A stretch of 64,000 nucleotides of DNA from Candidatus Euphemobacter frigidus. GTDB taxonomy: Bacteria; Auribacterota; Erginobacteria; Erginobacterales; Erginobacteraceae. Shown one piece after another: positions 45,949-55,892 of this stretch. Both the position numbers and the translations under genes were made by a program. Position 1 is the stretch's first letter; every line of letters begins with the position of its first letter. The stretch covers positions 2,467 to 66,466 of the forward strand of contig JAVCDH010000017.1 in assembly GCA_030765805.1 (NCBI GenBank), written 5' to 3'. The notes beneath the pieces were generated by a model. That model had not been told where the DNA came from. It did not search any database and saw only the letters and a program-made list of their open reading frames with translations.

Positions 45949-48900
45949 TTAACTCGCTTTAGCTTTTTTCTTGTCTCTCTCCCCGGAAGCGAGGCGGACG
46001 GAGACGACCTTGGAGACACCCGACTCCTCCATGGTAATCCCATAGAGAATGTCGGCCTGACTGATCGAAAGTTTATTATGGGTGATGATGATGAACTGTG
46101 CCTCCGCGACCAGTTTCTTGACCAGCTCAACGAACCGGCCGATATTGGCTTCATCGAGGGGGGCGTCAATCTCATCCAGTATATAGAAGGGGCTGGGCTG
46201 CACTTTGAAGAGGGCGAAGATCAGGGCGATGGTGGTGAGGGCTCTCTCCCCGCCGGAGAGAAGAGCGATATGGGATAGTTTCTTCCCCGGGGGCTGGGCA
46301 ATAATATCGAGCCCCGACTCCAGGATATCTTTCTCATTGTCCAGGACCAGGTCCGCCTTTCCTCCCCCGAAGAGTTGGGAGAAGAGGTCCTGGAAATGCA
46401 GTCGGACCACATCATAGGTCTCCTGCAGTTTCTCGCGGGCGGTGATATTGATCCTGGTGATCGCCACCTCGATATCCCGGGCCGCGTTTTCCAGGTCTTC
46501 CTTCTGCTCGGTGAGGAGAGAAAACCGTGACTCGTAGTTCTCCTTATCCGAAAGCGCCGCTAAATTAACATCGGTCATCCGGCCCATCTTCTCCCGAAGC
46601 CGGTCTATCTCCGCGTCCAACGCTTCGGGGGCCTGCTCCTGGGATGAGGGCTCCAGTTCATCCAGTTCGAGGCCGTATTTTTCCCTCATCCGCTGACAGA
46701 TAGACTGTTCCTTTACCCGCAACTCGGCCAGGGTAACATCCTGGGAACCCAGGTGGGCCTGCACTTCCTGGAAACGAGGACGCACCTTATGGTAAACCTC
46801 TTCTTTCTCTTCATAGCTCCGGTCCAGCTGGCCGATCTCCTCCTCCATTACCCCGACCCGTGCTTGCAGATCATCAACGGTCCGTTCCCATTTCTCGATC
46901 TCCTCCCGGAGCCGCTCGGTCTCCTCCCGCAACGATTCTTCCCGCCCTTCATCTTCCGAAATCCTCCGGTGTCTCGCCTCCAGCAACGCTTCCTGGTTCC
47001 GGTTCTCGGAGAGAAGCCGATCGTAACGACCGGAGAACCCCTCCTCCCTCTCCCGGGAAGATGCCAGCGCGATCTTCAACTCGGTCACCTCCGTCTCCAG
47101 TCGACGCAGGGCGTGAACGCGTTCATTCAACCGTTCCCGGATCCGGGCGATCTCATTCTCCTTGTCCTGATCCCCAATGGGGCTATCGGCAAGGTTCTTT
47201 TCCAGTTGCTTCAAGCGGCCGGTCGCCTTCTGTTCTTCTTCCAGCAAGGAGTTAAGTTCATCTCGCGCCCCCGCCAGATTCAGGGTTAATTTCTGGAGAT
47301 TCTTAAGGCTTCGTTCCTGCTCGTTCCGGCTCAGGGCATGATCTAGTTCCTGCTGATGCAGATCCCGGAGCGCCAGCTCAACCTGTTCCCGGCTCTTCTT
47401 CAAAAGGTTGTCGGCCTCCTCCTCCTCGGTCTCCAGGACGCTTCTTTCAGCGCGCAGACGCGACAGTTCCGTCTCGATCTCTCCCGGTTCAAGCCTCGAT
47501 GAGGGCGCCTCTTCCCCCGCCCAGAAGATGATTCCCGGGGGAGAGACCGTCGCCCCCTCGGAGGTTATCCCGGTCCCGGGTAAAGTGGGAACTCCCCGAT
47601 TCAGATATCGGGTAAGATCGGAGACGGGAAACGCCTCTTCCAGAAGAACCTGCCCCGCCCCCTGAAGAGGTTCGAGGAAAGTTGCCTGATCAACAATCCC
47701 TGTTCCGTCGGGGCCTTCCGCCCGGTTTGGACGGGAGGCGGCGGTCTCCTGAAGCCACTCATGCACGATAAGCCGAATCGGTCCCGCCTTCTTTGCCTTC
47801 AGGTACTCGATCGCAGCCAGCGCGGCGGAGGCGCCCCGGACCACTACGGCCTGCCCATTCTCGCCCAGGGCGGACCGGACCATCTTCTCGGACCCGGGCC
47901 GGATCTCAATAAAATCTTCCAGCCGGCCGATTACTCCTTCCAGCCCCTCCGCCTTCTCCCGGGCGGCGCTGATGAGGATCTCCGCGGCGGAACCCGGTCC
48001 TTCTTCAGCCCGGTTCCGCAACAGCGTCTTCTGTGACTCCCGCTCGCTGATCTTCACCAGCATCTCTTCTTTCCGGCGTTGCAACGCCCAAACCTGCTCC
48101 TCCATCTTTCGAGCCCGCTCTCTTTCTCCGGCCAGCTTCTCCTTGAGACCGCTCAAATTCTCCTCCGCTTCCTCGACCCGGGGCCCGGCTTTCTCGATCT
48201 CGGCCCGCAGTTCATCTTCTTCCGCTTCAATACCTTCCAGCTCCACTTCCAGTCTTCTTTTCCGGAGGATGATCCCCTTTCCCCCCACCTGCAGGCCCAA
48301 TAGCTCGTTCCGGAGGTGACCTTCCCGGCGGAATATTTCCAGAGACCGCGATTGGACGGCGGCCAGTTCTTTCTCCACCGCCGACCGGTCGAGGCGAAGA
48401 GACTTCAACCCCTGCTCCTTCTCCCGGAGGGCCTCCGCTCCAGCCCGATTGTCCCTTATTAATACCTCGCGGGCCTTTCTCAGTTCTTCCGCCTCCTTCT
48501 TCCCGGCGGATAAAGAACTCTTGATATCGCTTATCTCCTCCCCCACCCGCTCGCGCTCATGTTTCAGTTCACCCCCCCGCTCGGCGTTCAACTCGATCCG
48601 ATGACGATCCTTATCGATCTCCGCCCTCTTGCCGATCAGTTCCGCCCGGAGTGAAGAGAGCTCCTCCCCTCTCTTCCGGCGGTGATCCCGAAGTTTAAAC
48701 AGTTCCTTCTCTACCTCTTCCACTTCCTTCTCCAGGTCCCGATACTTCCCCTCCCAGCGCTGTTTCTCATCGCCCAGTTCCCCTGCCCGACGTCGGATCT
48801 CGGCCAGCTGCAACAGGCCCGATTGGGTCTCCAGTTCACGTAACCGGTCCCGATGCCGGCTATATTTTTCCGCCTGCCGGGCCTGGCGTTCGGCAATGGA

Positions 48901-49506
48901 GAGCTGGCGCTGGACCTCTTTTAAGATGTCATCCACCCGGAGGAGGTTCGTCCGGGTCAATTCAAGCTTCCGGAGGGCTTCTTCTTTCTTCTTCCGGTAG
49001 CGGCTGATCCGGGCCGCTTCTTCCAGCAGTTCTCTTCTTTCTTCGGGACGAGCCTGGAGGATCTGATCAACCCGGCCCTGACCGACCAGGGAATAAGAGC
49101 GGGTGCCCAGCCCGGTGCCCAGGAGCAGCTCATTGATATCCTTAAGCCGGCAGGGCTTCTTATTGAGAAAATACTCACTCTCGCCGGAGCGATAGATTCG
49201 GCGCGAGATGCTTACTTCAGAATACTCGATCGGGAGTTTCCCGTCCGAGTTGTCAAAGATGAGATTTACCTCCGCCATTCCGACCGGCGGTCGACCGGAG
49301 GTCCCGTTAAAGATGATATCTTCCATCTTATAACCGCGCAGTATCCGCACCCGCTGTTCGCCCAGCACCCAGCTGATCGCGTCGACAATATTGGTCTTCC
49401 CGCAGCCGTTGGGACCAACGATGGAGGTTATACCGGGGAGAATCTGGAGGGTCGTCTTGTCGGCAAACGACTTAAATCCGTTCAGCTCCAGTTTTTTTAA
49501 ATACAT
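45949..49506 (-). CDS. smc: Chromosome segregation protein SMC
   Basis: Motifs GPNGCGKTN, LSGGE, ILDEID and IIITH; coiled coils. Confidence 0.97.
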   Translation of the reverse strand: MYLKKLELNGFKSFADKTTLQILPGITSIVGPNGCGKTNIVDAISWVLGEQRVRILRGYKMEDIIFNGTSGRPPVGMAEVNLIFDNSDGKLPIEYSEVSISRRIYRSGESEYFLNKKPCRLKDINELLLGTGLGTRSYSLVGQGRVDQILQARPEERRELLEEAARISRYRKKKEEALRKLELTRTNLLRVDDILKEVQRQLSIAERQARQAEKYSRHRDRLRELETQSGLLQLAEIRRRAGELGDEKQRWEGKYRDLEKEVEEVEKELFKLRDHRRKRGEELSSLRAELIGKRAEIDKDRHRIELNAERGGELKHERERVGEEISDIKSSLSAGKKEAEELRKAREVLIRDNRAGAEALREKEQGLKSLRLDRSAVEKELAAVQSRSLEIFRREGHLRNELLGLQVGGKGIILRKRRLEVELEGIEAEEDELRAEIEKAGPRVEEAEENLSGLKEKLAGERERARKMEEQVWALQRRKEEMLVKISERESQKTLLRNRAEEGPGSAAEILISAAREKAEGLEGVIGRLEDFIEIRPGSEKMVRSALGENGQAVVVRGASAALAAIEYLKAKKAGPIRLIVHEWLQETAASRPNRAEGPDGTGIVDQATFLEPLQGAGQVLLEEAFPVSDLTRYLNRGVPTLPGTGITSEGATVSPPGIIFWAGEEAPSSRLEPGEIETELSRLRAERSVLETEEEEADNLLKKSREQVELALRDLHQQELDHALSRNEQERSLKNLQKLTLNLAGARDELNSLLEEEQKATGRLKQLEKNLADSPIGDQDKENEIARIRERLNERVHALRRLETEVTELKIALASSREREEGFSGRYDRLLSENRNQEALLEARHRRISEDEGREESLREETERLREEIEKWERTVDDLQARVGVMEEEIGQLDRSYEEKEEVYHKVRPRFQEVQAHLGSQDVTLAELRVKEQSICQRMREKYGLELDELEPSSQEQAPEALDAEIDRLREKMGRMTDVNLAALSDKENYESRFSLLTEQKEDLENAARDIEVAITRINITAREKLQETYDVVRLHFQDLFSQLFGGGKADLVLDNEKDILESGLDIIAQPPGKKLSHIALLSGGERALTTIALIFALFKVQPSPFYILDEIDAPLDEANIGRFVELVKKLVAEAQFIIITHNKLSISQADILYGITMEESGVSKVVSVRLASGERDKKKAKAS

Positions 49507-49576
49507 AGGGCTTAGCCCTCACTTCGTTCGGGCAACTATCATCATTTTTTTGACCCCGATAAATCGGGGCAGGCAC

Positions 49577-49661
49577 GATTAACAAGATTTACAGGATTTT
49601 AGAAAACAAACGCTTTAACGTCAAAACCAGCCGTTTTTTTATCTATCCTGTTAATCCTGTC
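49577..49661. repeat. Inverted ACAGGAT / ATCCTGT tandem arms around a short spacer
   Basis: GATTAACAAGATTTACAGGAT ... ATCCTGTTAATCCTGTC. Confidence 0.7.
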
Positions 49662-49790
49662 TAATAACTTTTTGAAATTCCGAAGCAGTAAGTTATCGCC
49701 TTCGACGCTAACTTAACAGAGACGCACTGAAACTACCGCCGATTGAAATATTTGATACTCTCCGATACTTTATTTTAGCGCGGCTCCAGC

Positions 49791-49946
49791 TTAAAATAAA
49801 GTATAGATGAAGGGGGAGGTGGCGGGATTACTGGTCAGAAAGATCAGCGCAAAAAGCAGAAGCAGCAGTACCATAATCGGCAGGAGCCACCATTTCTTCC
49901 TGACTCTTAAAAAATCCCAGAGTTCTTTCAATAGACCAATTTTCAT
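49791..49946 (-). CDS. DUF5989/SxtK-like small membrane protein (51 aa, absent from the ORF track)
   Basis: MKIGLLKELWDFLRVRKKWWLLPIMVLLLLLFALIFLTSNPATSPFIYTLF. Confidence 0.88.
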   Translation of the reverse strand: MKIGLLKELWDFLRVRKKWWLLPIMVLLLLLFALIFLTSNPATSPFIYTLF

Positions 49947-49976
49947 GATATTGATTTAGTCCGTAACTTAACAGAA

Positions 49977-50390
49977 TTAAAATTGACGCTCGTAATGCTC
50001 TTGGCTGAAAGAGTAAGGATCGCGCCTGATCCAGTACGAGTCGGCGTTCCGGTCGAACTTCCGGTCGAGGGGGTTTTTCCCAAGTAACCGCATAATGAGC
50101 CCGATTACTGTAAAACCAATATAAAATACCAGACTTAGAACAAGGGTTGTGACTAAAAATGCTATCGTACGGGTAATTACCATCCAGACCAGATAGATCG
50201 GCTTCAGAGAATAGAGAAAGATCAGGCCCCAAAGATAGAGAATAACGGCTATCCCGTAGAATACCAAGTTAAAGGTCATAAAGCCTTTAATCAAGCCGAA
50301 ACCGGTCGCGACCACGATCAAAGCAGCCGGAACAAACCGGGCAAAGGCCTGTAAGTCTTTCCTGGTCGGATTAAAATCGTAATCAATCAA
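49977..50390 (-). CDS. SxtJ-family membrane protein
   Basis: Motifs LKPIYLVWM, LLGKNPL and DSYWI; synteny. Confidence 0.85.
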   Translation of the reverse strand: MIDYDFNPTRKDLQAFARFVPAALIVVATGFGLIKGFMTFNLVFYGIAVILYLWGLIFLYSLKPIYLVWMVITRTIAFLVTTLVLSLVFYIGFTVIGLIMRLLGKNPLDRKFDRNADSYWIRRDPYSFSQEHYERQF

Positions 50391-52317
50391 GGGTAAACTC
50401 CTTCATCCAGTCGAACTCTTCCTTCCACTCCTTCTGCTTCTTCTTATCAAGGATATAATTCCCCAGCACCAGATAGTCCATCTTGGTCCGCATAAAACAG
50501 CGAAAGGCTTCCTCCGGGGTGCAGACGATCGGCTCCCCGCGCACGTTGAAGGAAGTGTTCACGATCACCGGGCAGCCGGTCATCTCGTCAAATTTCTTGA
50601 TGATATCGTAATAGAAAGGGTTGTCCTCCCGTTCCACCGTCTGGAGGCGGGCGGAATAATTCACATGGGTGATCGCGGGGACATCCGAACGAACCTGGTG
50701 GATAATAGTCCGGAAACGAAGATAGTCTTCATTCCCGATCATCTTCTCCACTTTTTCCGCGTCTTCTATCCGGTTGACTTCTCTCAGTTCCTGAACTTCT
50801 TTCCGGAGCCGTTCTTTCTGCTCCGCCAGCAATCCGTCAAGTTCATCGGGACCCGGCATCGGCTTTCTTCGCTCTTCCAGGACATCCGTCACCAGCAGCA
50901 TATAGGGACTGGCGTAATCGGTCTCAAAGAAGTCGGCTACCCGTTCCCGCAGGACAGCCGGGGCGAAGGGCCGGAATGATTCCCGGAACTTGATCTTCAG
51001 GTTCATGATCGACTGCATCTCGGGGGAACGGGCGTCGCCCAGGATGCTGCGCGCCCCCAGGGCGCGGGGCCCGAACTCCATCCTCCCCCGGTACAATCCG
51101 ATCACATTCTGGTCCAGGATCAGATCGGCCACTCTCTTGGACAATTCCTCATCCGGAACGTACTCATAATCGGCCTTGATCTCCTTGAGATACCGCTCGA
51201 TCTCATCGTTGGTAAACTCGGGCCCCAGGTAGGAGCCTTTTTGAAAGTCCTGGCCCGGCGTCACCCGGCGGGGGTTTTCCAGATACTGATACCAGACGAA
51301 GAGGGCCACGCCCAGGGCGCCTCCCGCGTCGCTGGCGGCGGGCTGGATCCAGATATCTTTGAATGGCCCTTCCCTGAGGAGACGGCCGTTGGCGACGCAG
51401 TTCAGCGCCACTCCACCGGCCAGGCAGAGATTCTCCATCCCGGTCTCTTGATGAATATGCCGGGCCATCTTGAGTAAGATCTCCTCGGTAACATCCTGGA
51501 CTGAACGGGCACAGTCCATGTAAAACTGGGTCATGGTCGCCTCGGGCTTCTGGGGAGGGGCTCCGAAGAGCCGGCTGAACTTCTTCCCTACCATCTTCAA
51601 GCCTACGGGATAATCAAAATAATCGACGTTGAGCTTGAAGGAGCCATCGTCCTTGATATCGATAAGATTGTCCTTGATCAGATCGACATACTTCGGTCTC
51701 CCGTATGGCGCCAACCCCATCAACTTGTACTCGCCGGAGTTGACCTTGAAGCCACAGTAGTAGGTAAAGGCGGCATACAAAAGCCCCAGGGAGTGGGGGA
51801 AGTAGATATCCGCCAGCAACTCCACCCGGTTATCCCGGCCAACCCCGTAGCTGGTGGTCGTCCACTCCCCTACCCCGTCAATGGTGAGAATGGCCGATTC
51901 CTGAAAGGGAGAGGGGAAGAAGGCGGACGCGGCGTGGGATTCATGATGCTCCGGGAATATGATCTTTCCTCGAAAGCCCAGTTCCTTGCTCAGTGTCTCG
52001 CGGATATGTATTTTCTGCTTGAGCCAGATCGGCATCGCCTGATGGAACGAACGGATACCCCGGGGGGCGTAGGAGAGGTAGGTCTCCAGAATTCGTTCAA
52101 ACTTCAAGAGGGGCTTATCATAAAAACCGACATACTCGACCTCATCCATGGTGATCCCGGCCTCCCGGAGACAGTAATCGATCGACTGGCGGGGAAAATC
52201 AAGGTCGTGTTTGACCCGGCTGAAGCGTTCCTCCTGGGCGGCGGCGATAATTTCTCCATCCTTAATCAGGGCGGCGGCGGCGTCATGATAGAAAGCTGAG
52301 ATACCGAGGATGTACAT
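50383..52317 (-). CDS. NodU/CmcH/SxtI-family O-carbamoyltransferase
   Basis: Motifs AFYHDAAAA, HHESHAASAF, EFGPRALGARS and NTSFNVRGEPIV. Confidence 0.95.
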   Translation of the reverse strand: MYILGISAFYHDAAAALIKDGEIIAAAQEERFSRVKHDLDFPRQSIDYCLREAGITMDEVEYVGFYDKPLLKFERILETYLSYAPRGIRSFHQAMPIWLKQKIHIRETLSKELGFRGKIIFPEHHESHAASAFFPSPFQESAILTIDGVGEWTTTSYGVGRDNRVELLADIYFPHSLGLLYAAFTYYCGFKVNSGEYKLMGLAPYGRPKYVDLIKDNLIDIKDDGSFKLNVDYFDYPVGLKMVGKKFSRLFGAPPQKPEATMTQFYMDCARSVQDVTEEILLKMARHIHQETGMENLCLAGGVALNCVANGRLLREGPFKDIWIQPAASDAGGALGVALFVWYQYLENPRRVTPGQDFQKGSYLGPEFTNDEIERYLKEIKADYEYVPDEELSKRVADLILDQNVIGLYRGRMEFGPRALGARSILGDARSPEMQSIMNLKIKFRESFRPFAPAVLRERVADFFETDYASPYMLLVTDVLEERRKPMPGPDELDGLLAEQKERLRKEVQELREVNRIEDAEKVEKMIGNEDYLRFRTIIHQVRSDVPAITHVNYSARLQTVEREDNPFYYDIIKKFDEMTGCPVIVNTSFNVRGEPIVCTPEEAFRCFMRTKMDYLVLGNYILDKKKQKEWKEEFDWMKEFTLD

Positions 52318-52330
52318 TTTTAAGTGCCTT

Positions 52331-52468
52331 AAGTGACTAAAGTGAACTTCCGCCTTCGCTAGCCTCCTTCGCCATAGTAGCCTATGGCTACGGCGGCTGA
52401 AAAGCTACGGCGGATAAAAAAGTTTACCCGCCGTAGCTATGTAATAGCGAAGGAGGGTGACTAAAGTT
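52331..52468. repeat. 138-bp composite of tandem repeats and nested REP-like palindromes, copy 1
   Basis: Differs from 54496-54633 at two positions. Confidence 0.92.
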
Positions 52469-52499
52469 AAATCAGCTCCCTTTTTATGAATGTTAAATT

Positions 52500-53693
52500 T
52501 TATTTCCGACGGGCTTTCAGGTTTTTTATCAACGCGGGGACAATCTCAAAGAGGTCCCCGATCAGCCCGTAGGTGGCCACTGTGAAGATCGGGGCGTCCG
52601 GATCCTTATTAATGGCTACGATCGTGTCGGAAGACTGCATGCCGACCAGATGCTGGATCGCCCCGGAGATTCCACAGGCGATATACATCTTAGGCTGGAC
52701 GGTCTTCCCGGTCTGACCTACCTGGTGCGAATAAGGGATCCAGCCGGCGTCCACCGCGGCCCGGGAAGCGCCGACCGCTCCTTCCAGAAGGTCCGCCAGC
52801 TCCTGGAGAAGGGCGTAATTCTCCGGTCCTTTCATCCCCCGCCCCCCTGAAATGATGATATCGGCCTCGGCGATATTGACGGCATATCCCAGCTCTTCTA
52901 CCGATTCCAAAAACCGGGTTCGGGAAACGCATTCCTCCGGTTTAACCTCAACCCGGATAATCTCACCCCGGCGGTCCGGATCCGGGGTTGCTTCCTTCAT
53001 CACTTTATGGCGGACGGTAGCCATCTGAGGGCGATAATCTTCACAGATAATAGTCGCCATGATATTGCCCCCGAAAGCCGGACGGGTCTGGAGCAAGAGA
53101 CCACGCTCCTCATCGATAGCCAGGCCGGTGCAGTCCGCGGTCAATCCGGTCTTGATCTCAGCCGCTACCCGGGGGATGAGAGAACGCCCGATAGAGGTTG
53201 CTCCGGTCAGCACAATCTCCGGCTTATGTTCTCGGATCAGACGGGAGATAATCCGGGAGTACGGCTCGTCGAGAAAATCGGCGAGGCTCGCGGACTCCAC
53301 CAGGAAGACTTTATCAGCGCCCCGCGCGAAAAGACCGGGCACCTCCTTCTCCACATCGTTCCCGATCAGGACCGCGGAGAGTTCAACGCCTTTTACATCG
53401 GCCAATTGCCGACCCGCGCCCAGGAGTTCAAAGGTCACGGACTGGATCTTTCCCTTCTTCTGTTCAGCGCAGACCCAGACCCCTTGGTAGGTATCGAGTT
53501 CATCTTCGGCGTGGTGCTCCTTCCGCAAAATGATGGCCCCGAATTTGCAGGCTTCCACACACGCCCCGCACAACGTGCAGGCATCATGATCGATGACCGC
53601 CAGGCCGTCCTGCATCTCGATGGCCCCGTAAGGGCATGACCTAACGCAGATCGAACAACCGACGCATTTCTGTTTTATTATTTCAATCGGCAT
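52500..53693 (-). CDS. etfA: Electron transfer flavoprotein alpha with an N-terminal 2[4Fe-4S] ferredoxin domain
   Basis: Two CxxCxxCxxxC motifs, plus GLTADCT, QVGQTG and GISGAIQH. Confidence 0.94.
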   Translation of the reverse strand: MPIEIIKQKCVGCSICVRSCPYGAIEMQDGLAVIDHDACTLCGACVEACKFGAIILRKEHHAEDELDTYQGVWVCAEQKKGKIQSVTFELLGAGRQLADVKGVELSAVLIGNDVEKEVPGLFARGADKVFLVESASLADFLDEPYSRIISRLIREHKPEIVLTGATSIGRSLIPRVAAEIKTGLTADCTGLAIDEERGLLLQTRPAFGGNIMATIICEDYRPQMATVRHKVMKEATPDPDRRGEIIRVEVKPEECVSRTRFLESVEELGYAVNIAEADIIISGGRGMKGPENYALLQELADLLEGAVGASRAAVDAGWIPYSHQVGQTGKTVQPKMYIACGISGAIQHLVGMQSSDTIVAINKDPDAPIFTVATYGLIGDLFEIVPALIKNLKARRK

Positions 53694-53703
53694 TAAAATT
53701 AGG

Positions 53704-54489
53704 TTAAAAAAACTTCTGTTTTTCCAGAGCGGCGACCAGGCGATCTACCATCTCCGCGGGTTCTCCTTGAAATATCTCTCCCCCCTCGCGAGCGGGCGGA
53801 GAAAAGATCTTTACCACCTGGGTGGGAGAACCATCCAGACCGATAAATTGTTCATCAACACTGATATCGGCGGCAGTCCAGGTAATAATCTCCGCTTTCT
53901 TCGCTTTCAGCTTCCCTTTCAAAGAAGGGAGACGCGGTTCGTTGATCTCTTTGACCACGGTCAGGAGAATGGGCAGATCCCCTTCTATAATCTCGTAGCC
54001 TTCCTCGGTCATCCTCTGAACGCGGATCGTCTCTTCTCCGATCTCCTCGATCTTCTTGACATAGGTAATCTGGGGAATATCCAGCTGGACGGCGATGCCA
54101 GGACCGACCTGGGCGGTATCACCGTCGATCGCCTGCTTCCCGCAGATAATAATATTATAATCCCCTTTCTTCTCTATCCCCCGGGCAAGGGTATAGGCAG
54201 TCGCCAGGGTATCGGCCCCGGCGAAGGCCCGGTCACAGAGATGAATCGCCTCATCCACCCCCAGCGAAATCGTCTCACGCAGAGCGTCCTCCACCTGGGG
54301 CGGCCCCATGCTGATCACGCTGACCGTGCCTCCGTACTTCTCTTTGATCCGGACCCCCTCCTCGATGGCGTAGAGGTCGAAGGGGTTGATGATGCTCTCC
54401 ACCCCTTCCCGGACCAGGGTATTGGTCTCCGGGTTGATCCGGATCTCGGTAGTGTCAGGGACCTGTTTGATGCAGACGATTATGTTCAT
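53704..54489 (-). CDS. etfB: Electron transfer flavoprotein beta
   Basis: Motifs KQVPDT, NPFD and GKQAIDGDTAQVG. Confidence 0.95.
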   Translation of the reverse strand: MNIIVCIKQVPDTTEIRINPETNTLVREGVESIINPFDLYAIEEGVRIKEKYGGTVSVISMGPPQVEDALRETISLGVDEAIHLCDRAFAGADTLATAYTLARGIEKKGDYNIIICGKQAIDGDTAQVGPGIAVQLDIPQITYVKKIEEIGEETIRVQRMTEEGYEIIEGDLPILLTVVKEINEPRLPSLKGKLKAKKAEIITWTAADISVDEQFIGLDGSPTQVVKIFSPPAREGGEIFQGEPAEMVDRLVAALEKQKFF

Positions 54490-54495
54490 GAAAAA

Positions 54496-54633
54496 AAGTG
54501 ACTAAAGTGAGCTTCCGCCTTCGCTAGCCTCCTTCGCCAAAGTAGCCTATGGCTACGGCGGCTGAAAAGCTACGGCGGATAAAAAAGTTTACCCGCCGTA
54601 GCTATGTAATAGCGAAGGAGGGTGACTAAAGTT
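54496..54633. repeat. 138-bp composite repeat, copy 2
   Basis: Direct repeat of 52331-52468; abuts the acyl-CoA dehydrogenase stop. Confidence 0.92.
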
Positions 54634-55791
54634 TCATTTCTTGCTCGCGCTCTCCCGGATCAACTGGGTGCCGATCACGTCCCGCTGGATCTGATTGGTC
54701 CCTTCGTAGATCTGAGTAATCTTGGCGTCGCGCATCATCTTCTCAACCGGATACTCCTTCATATAGCCGTACCCGCCGAAGATCTGAACCGCGTCGGTGG
54801 TCACGCTCATGGCTACATCGGAAGCGAACAGTTTGCAGATCGCCGAATCCTTGGATATCCTCTTCGCCCCCGCGTCGACCGTCCGGGCAACGCTGTAGAC
54901 CAGGGCCCGGGCCGCTTCCACCCGGGTCGCCATGTCAGCCAGCATCCACTGGAGCCCCTGGAAGGTGATAATGGGCCGGCCGAACTGTTTCCTCTGACGG
55001 GCATACTCAACCGCCGCGTCCAGCGCCCCCTGGGCAATGCCAAGCGACTGGGACGCTACTCCCGGACGGGACTGATCCAGCGTCTTCATGGCAACGATGA
55101 AGCCCATCCCTTCCCGGGAGATCAGGTTTTCCGCGGGAACTTTGCAGTCCTCAAAGATAAGTTCCGCGGTGGAGGAAGCCCGGATGCCCATCTTGTGCTC
55201 ATCCTTTCCGACGGAGAAACCATCCATTCCTTTCTCAACTATGAAGGCGCTCGCACCCCGGCTTCCTCTGCTCTTATCCGTCATCGCGATAACGGTAACA
55301 ATATCCGCGACACTTCCGTTGGTGATGAAACACTTGGTTCCGTTGAGAATGTAATAATCACCTTCTTTTCTGGCGGTCGTCCTGGTCGCTCCGGCGTCGC
55401 TTCCGGCTTCCGGTTCGGTCAGGGCGAAGGCGGCCAGGGTCTTGCCCGTGGCCAGATCGGGAAGGTACTTCTTCTTCTGCTCGTCATTTCCAAAGAGAAG
55501 GACAGGGAAAGCCGCCAGGGCGGTAGCGGCCAGGGAGAGCGACATCCCCCCACAGACCCGGCTCAACTCCTCCACCGCGAGGCATAACTCCAGAACCCCC
55601 CCACCCAATCCACCGTACTCTTCCGGAAGGTAGATCCCGAACATATCCGACTGCCGCAGGACTTCGACTATCTCCCAGGGGAACTCCGCTTTCTCATCCA
55701 TCTCCGCCCGGAGCGGTTCTAATTTCTCCTCCGCGATCTGACGGGCAAGGTCCTGTATCATTACCTGTTCTTCGGTTAAAAAATAGTTCAT
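54634..55791 (-). CDS. Acyl-CoA dehydrogenase (butyryl-CoA dehydrogenase-like)
   Basis: Motifs FALTEPEAGSDA, QIFGGYGY and IYEGTNQIQR. Confidence 0.93.
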   Translation of the reverse strand: MNYFLTEEQVMIQDLARQIAEEKLEPLRAEMDEKAEFPWEIVEVLRQSDMFGIYLPEEYGGLGGGVLELCLAVEELSRVCGGMSLSLAATALAAFPVLLFGNDEQKKKYLPDLATGKTLAAFALTEPEAGSDAGATRTTARKEGDYYILNGTKCFITNGSVADIVTVIAMTDKSRGSRGASAFIVEKGMDGFSVGKDEHKMGIRASSTAELIFEDCKVPAENLISREGMGFIVAMKTLDQSRPGVASQSLGIAQGALDAAVEYARQRKQFGRPIITFQGLQWMLADMATRVEAARALVYSVARTVDAGAKRISKDSAICKLFASDVAMSVTTDAVQIFGGYGYMKEYPVEKMMRDAKITQIYEGTNQIQRDVIGTQLIRESASKK

Positions 55792-55892
55792 GGCTCCCCC
55801 TTAAAATTTTTCTTCGAATAATATTATTTCTAAATTAACAAACAGCCCCCCGAATGAATCAGTCGGGGGGCCCGGTAAAAAGATACTCAGTC

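Noticed and set aside
49828-50232. 134-aa minus-strand ORF
   Set aside because: It is an alternative frame over the SxtJ-like and DUF5989 genes, which fit known families.
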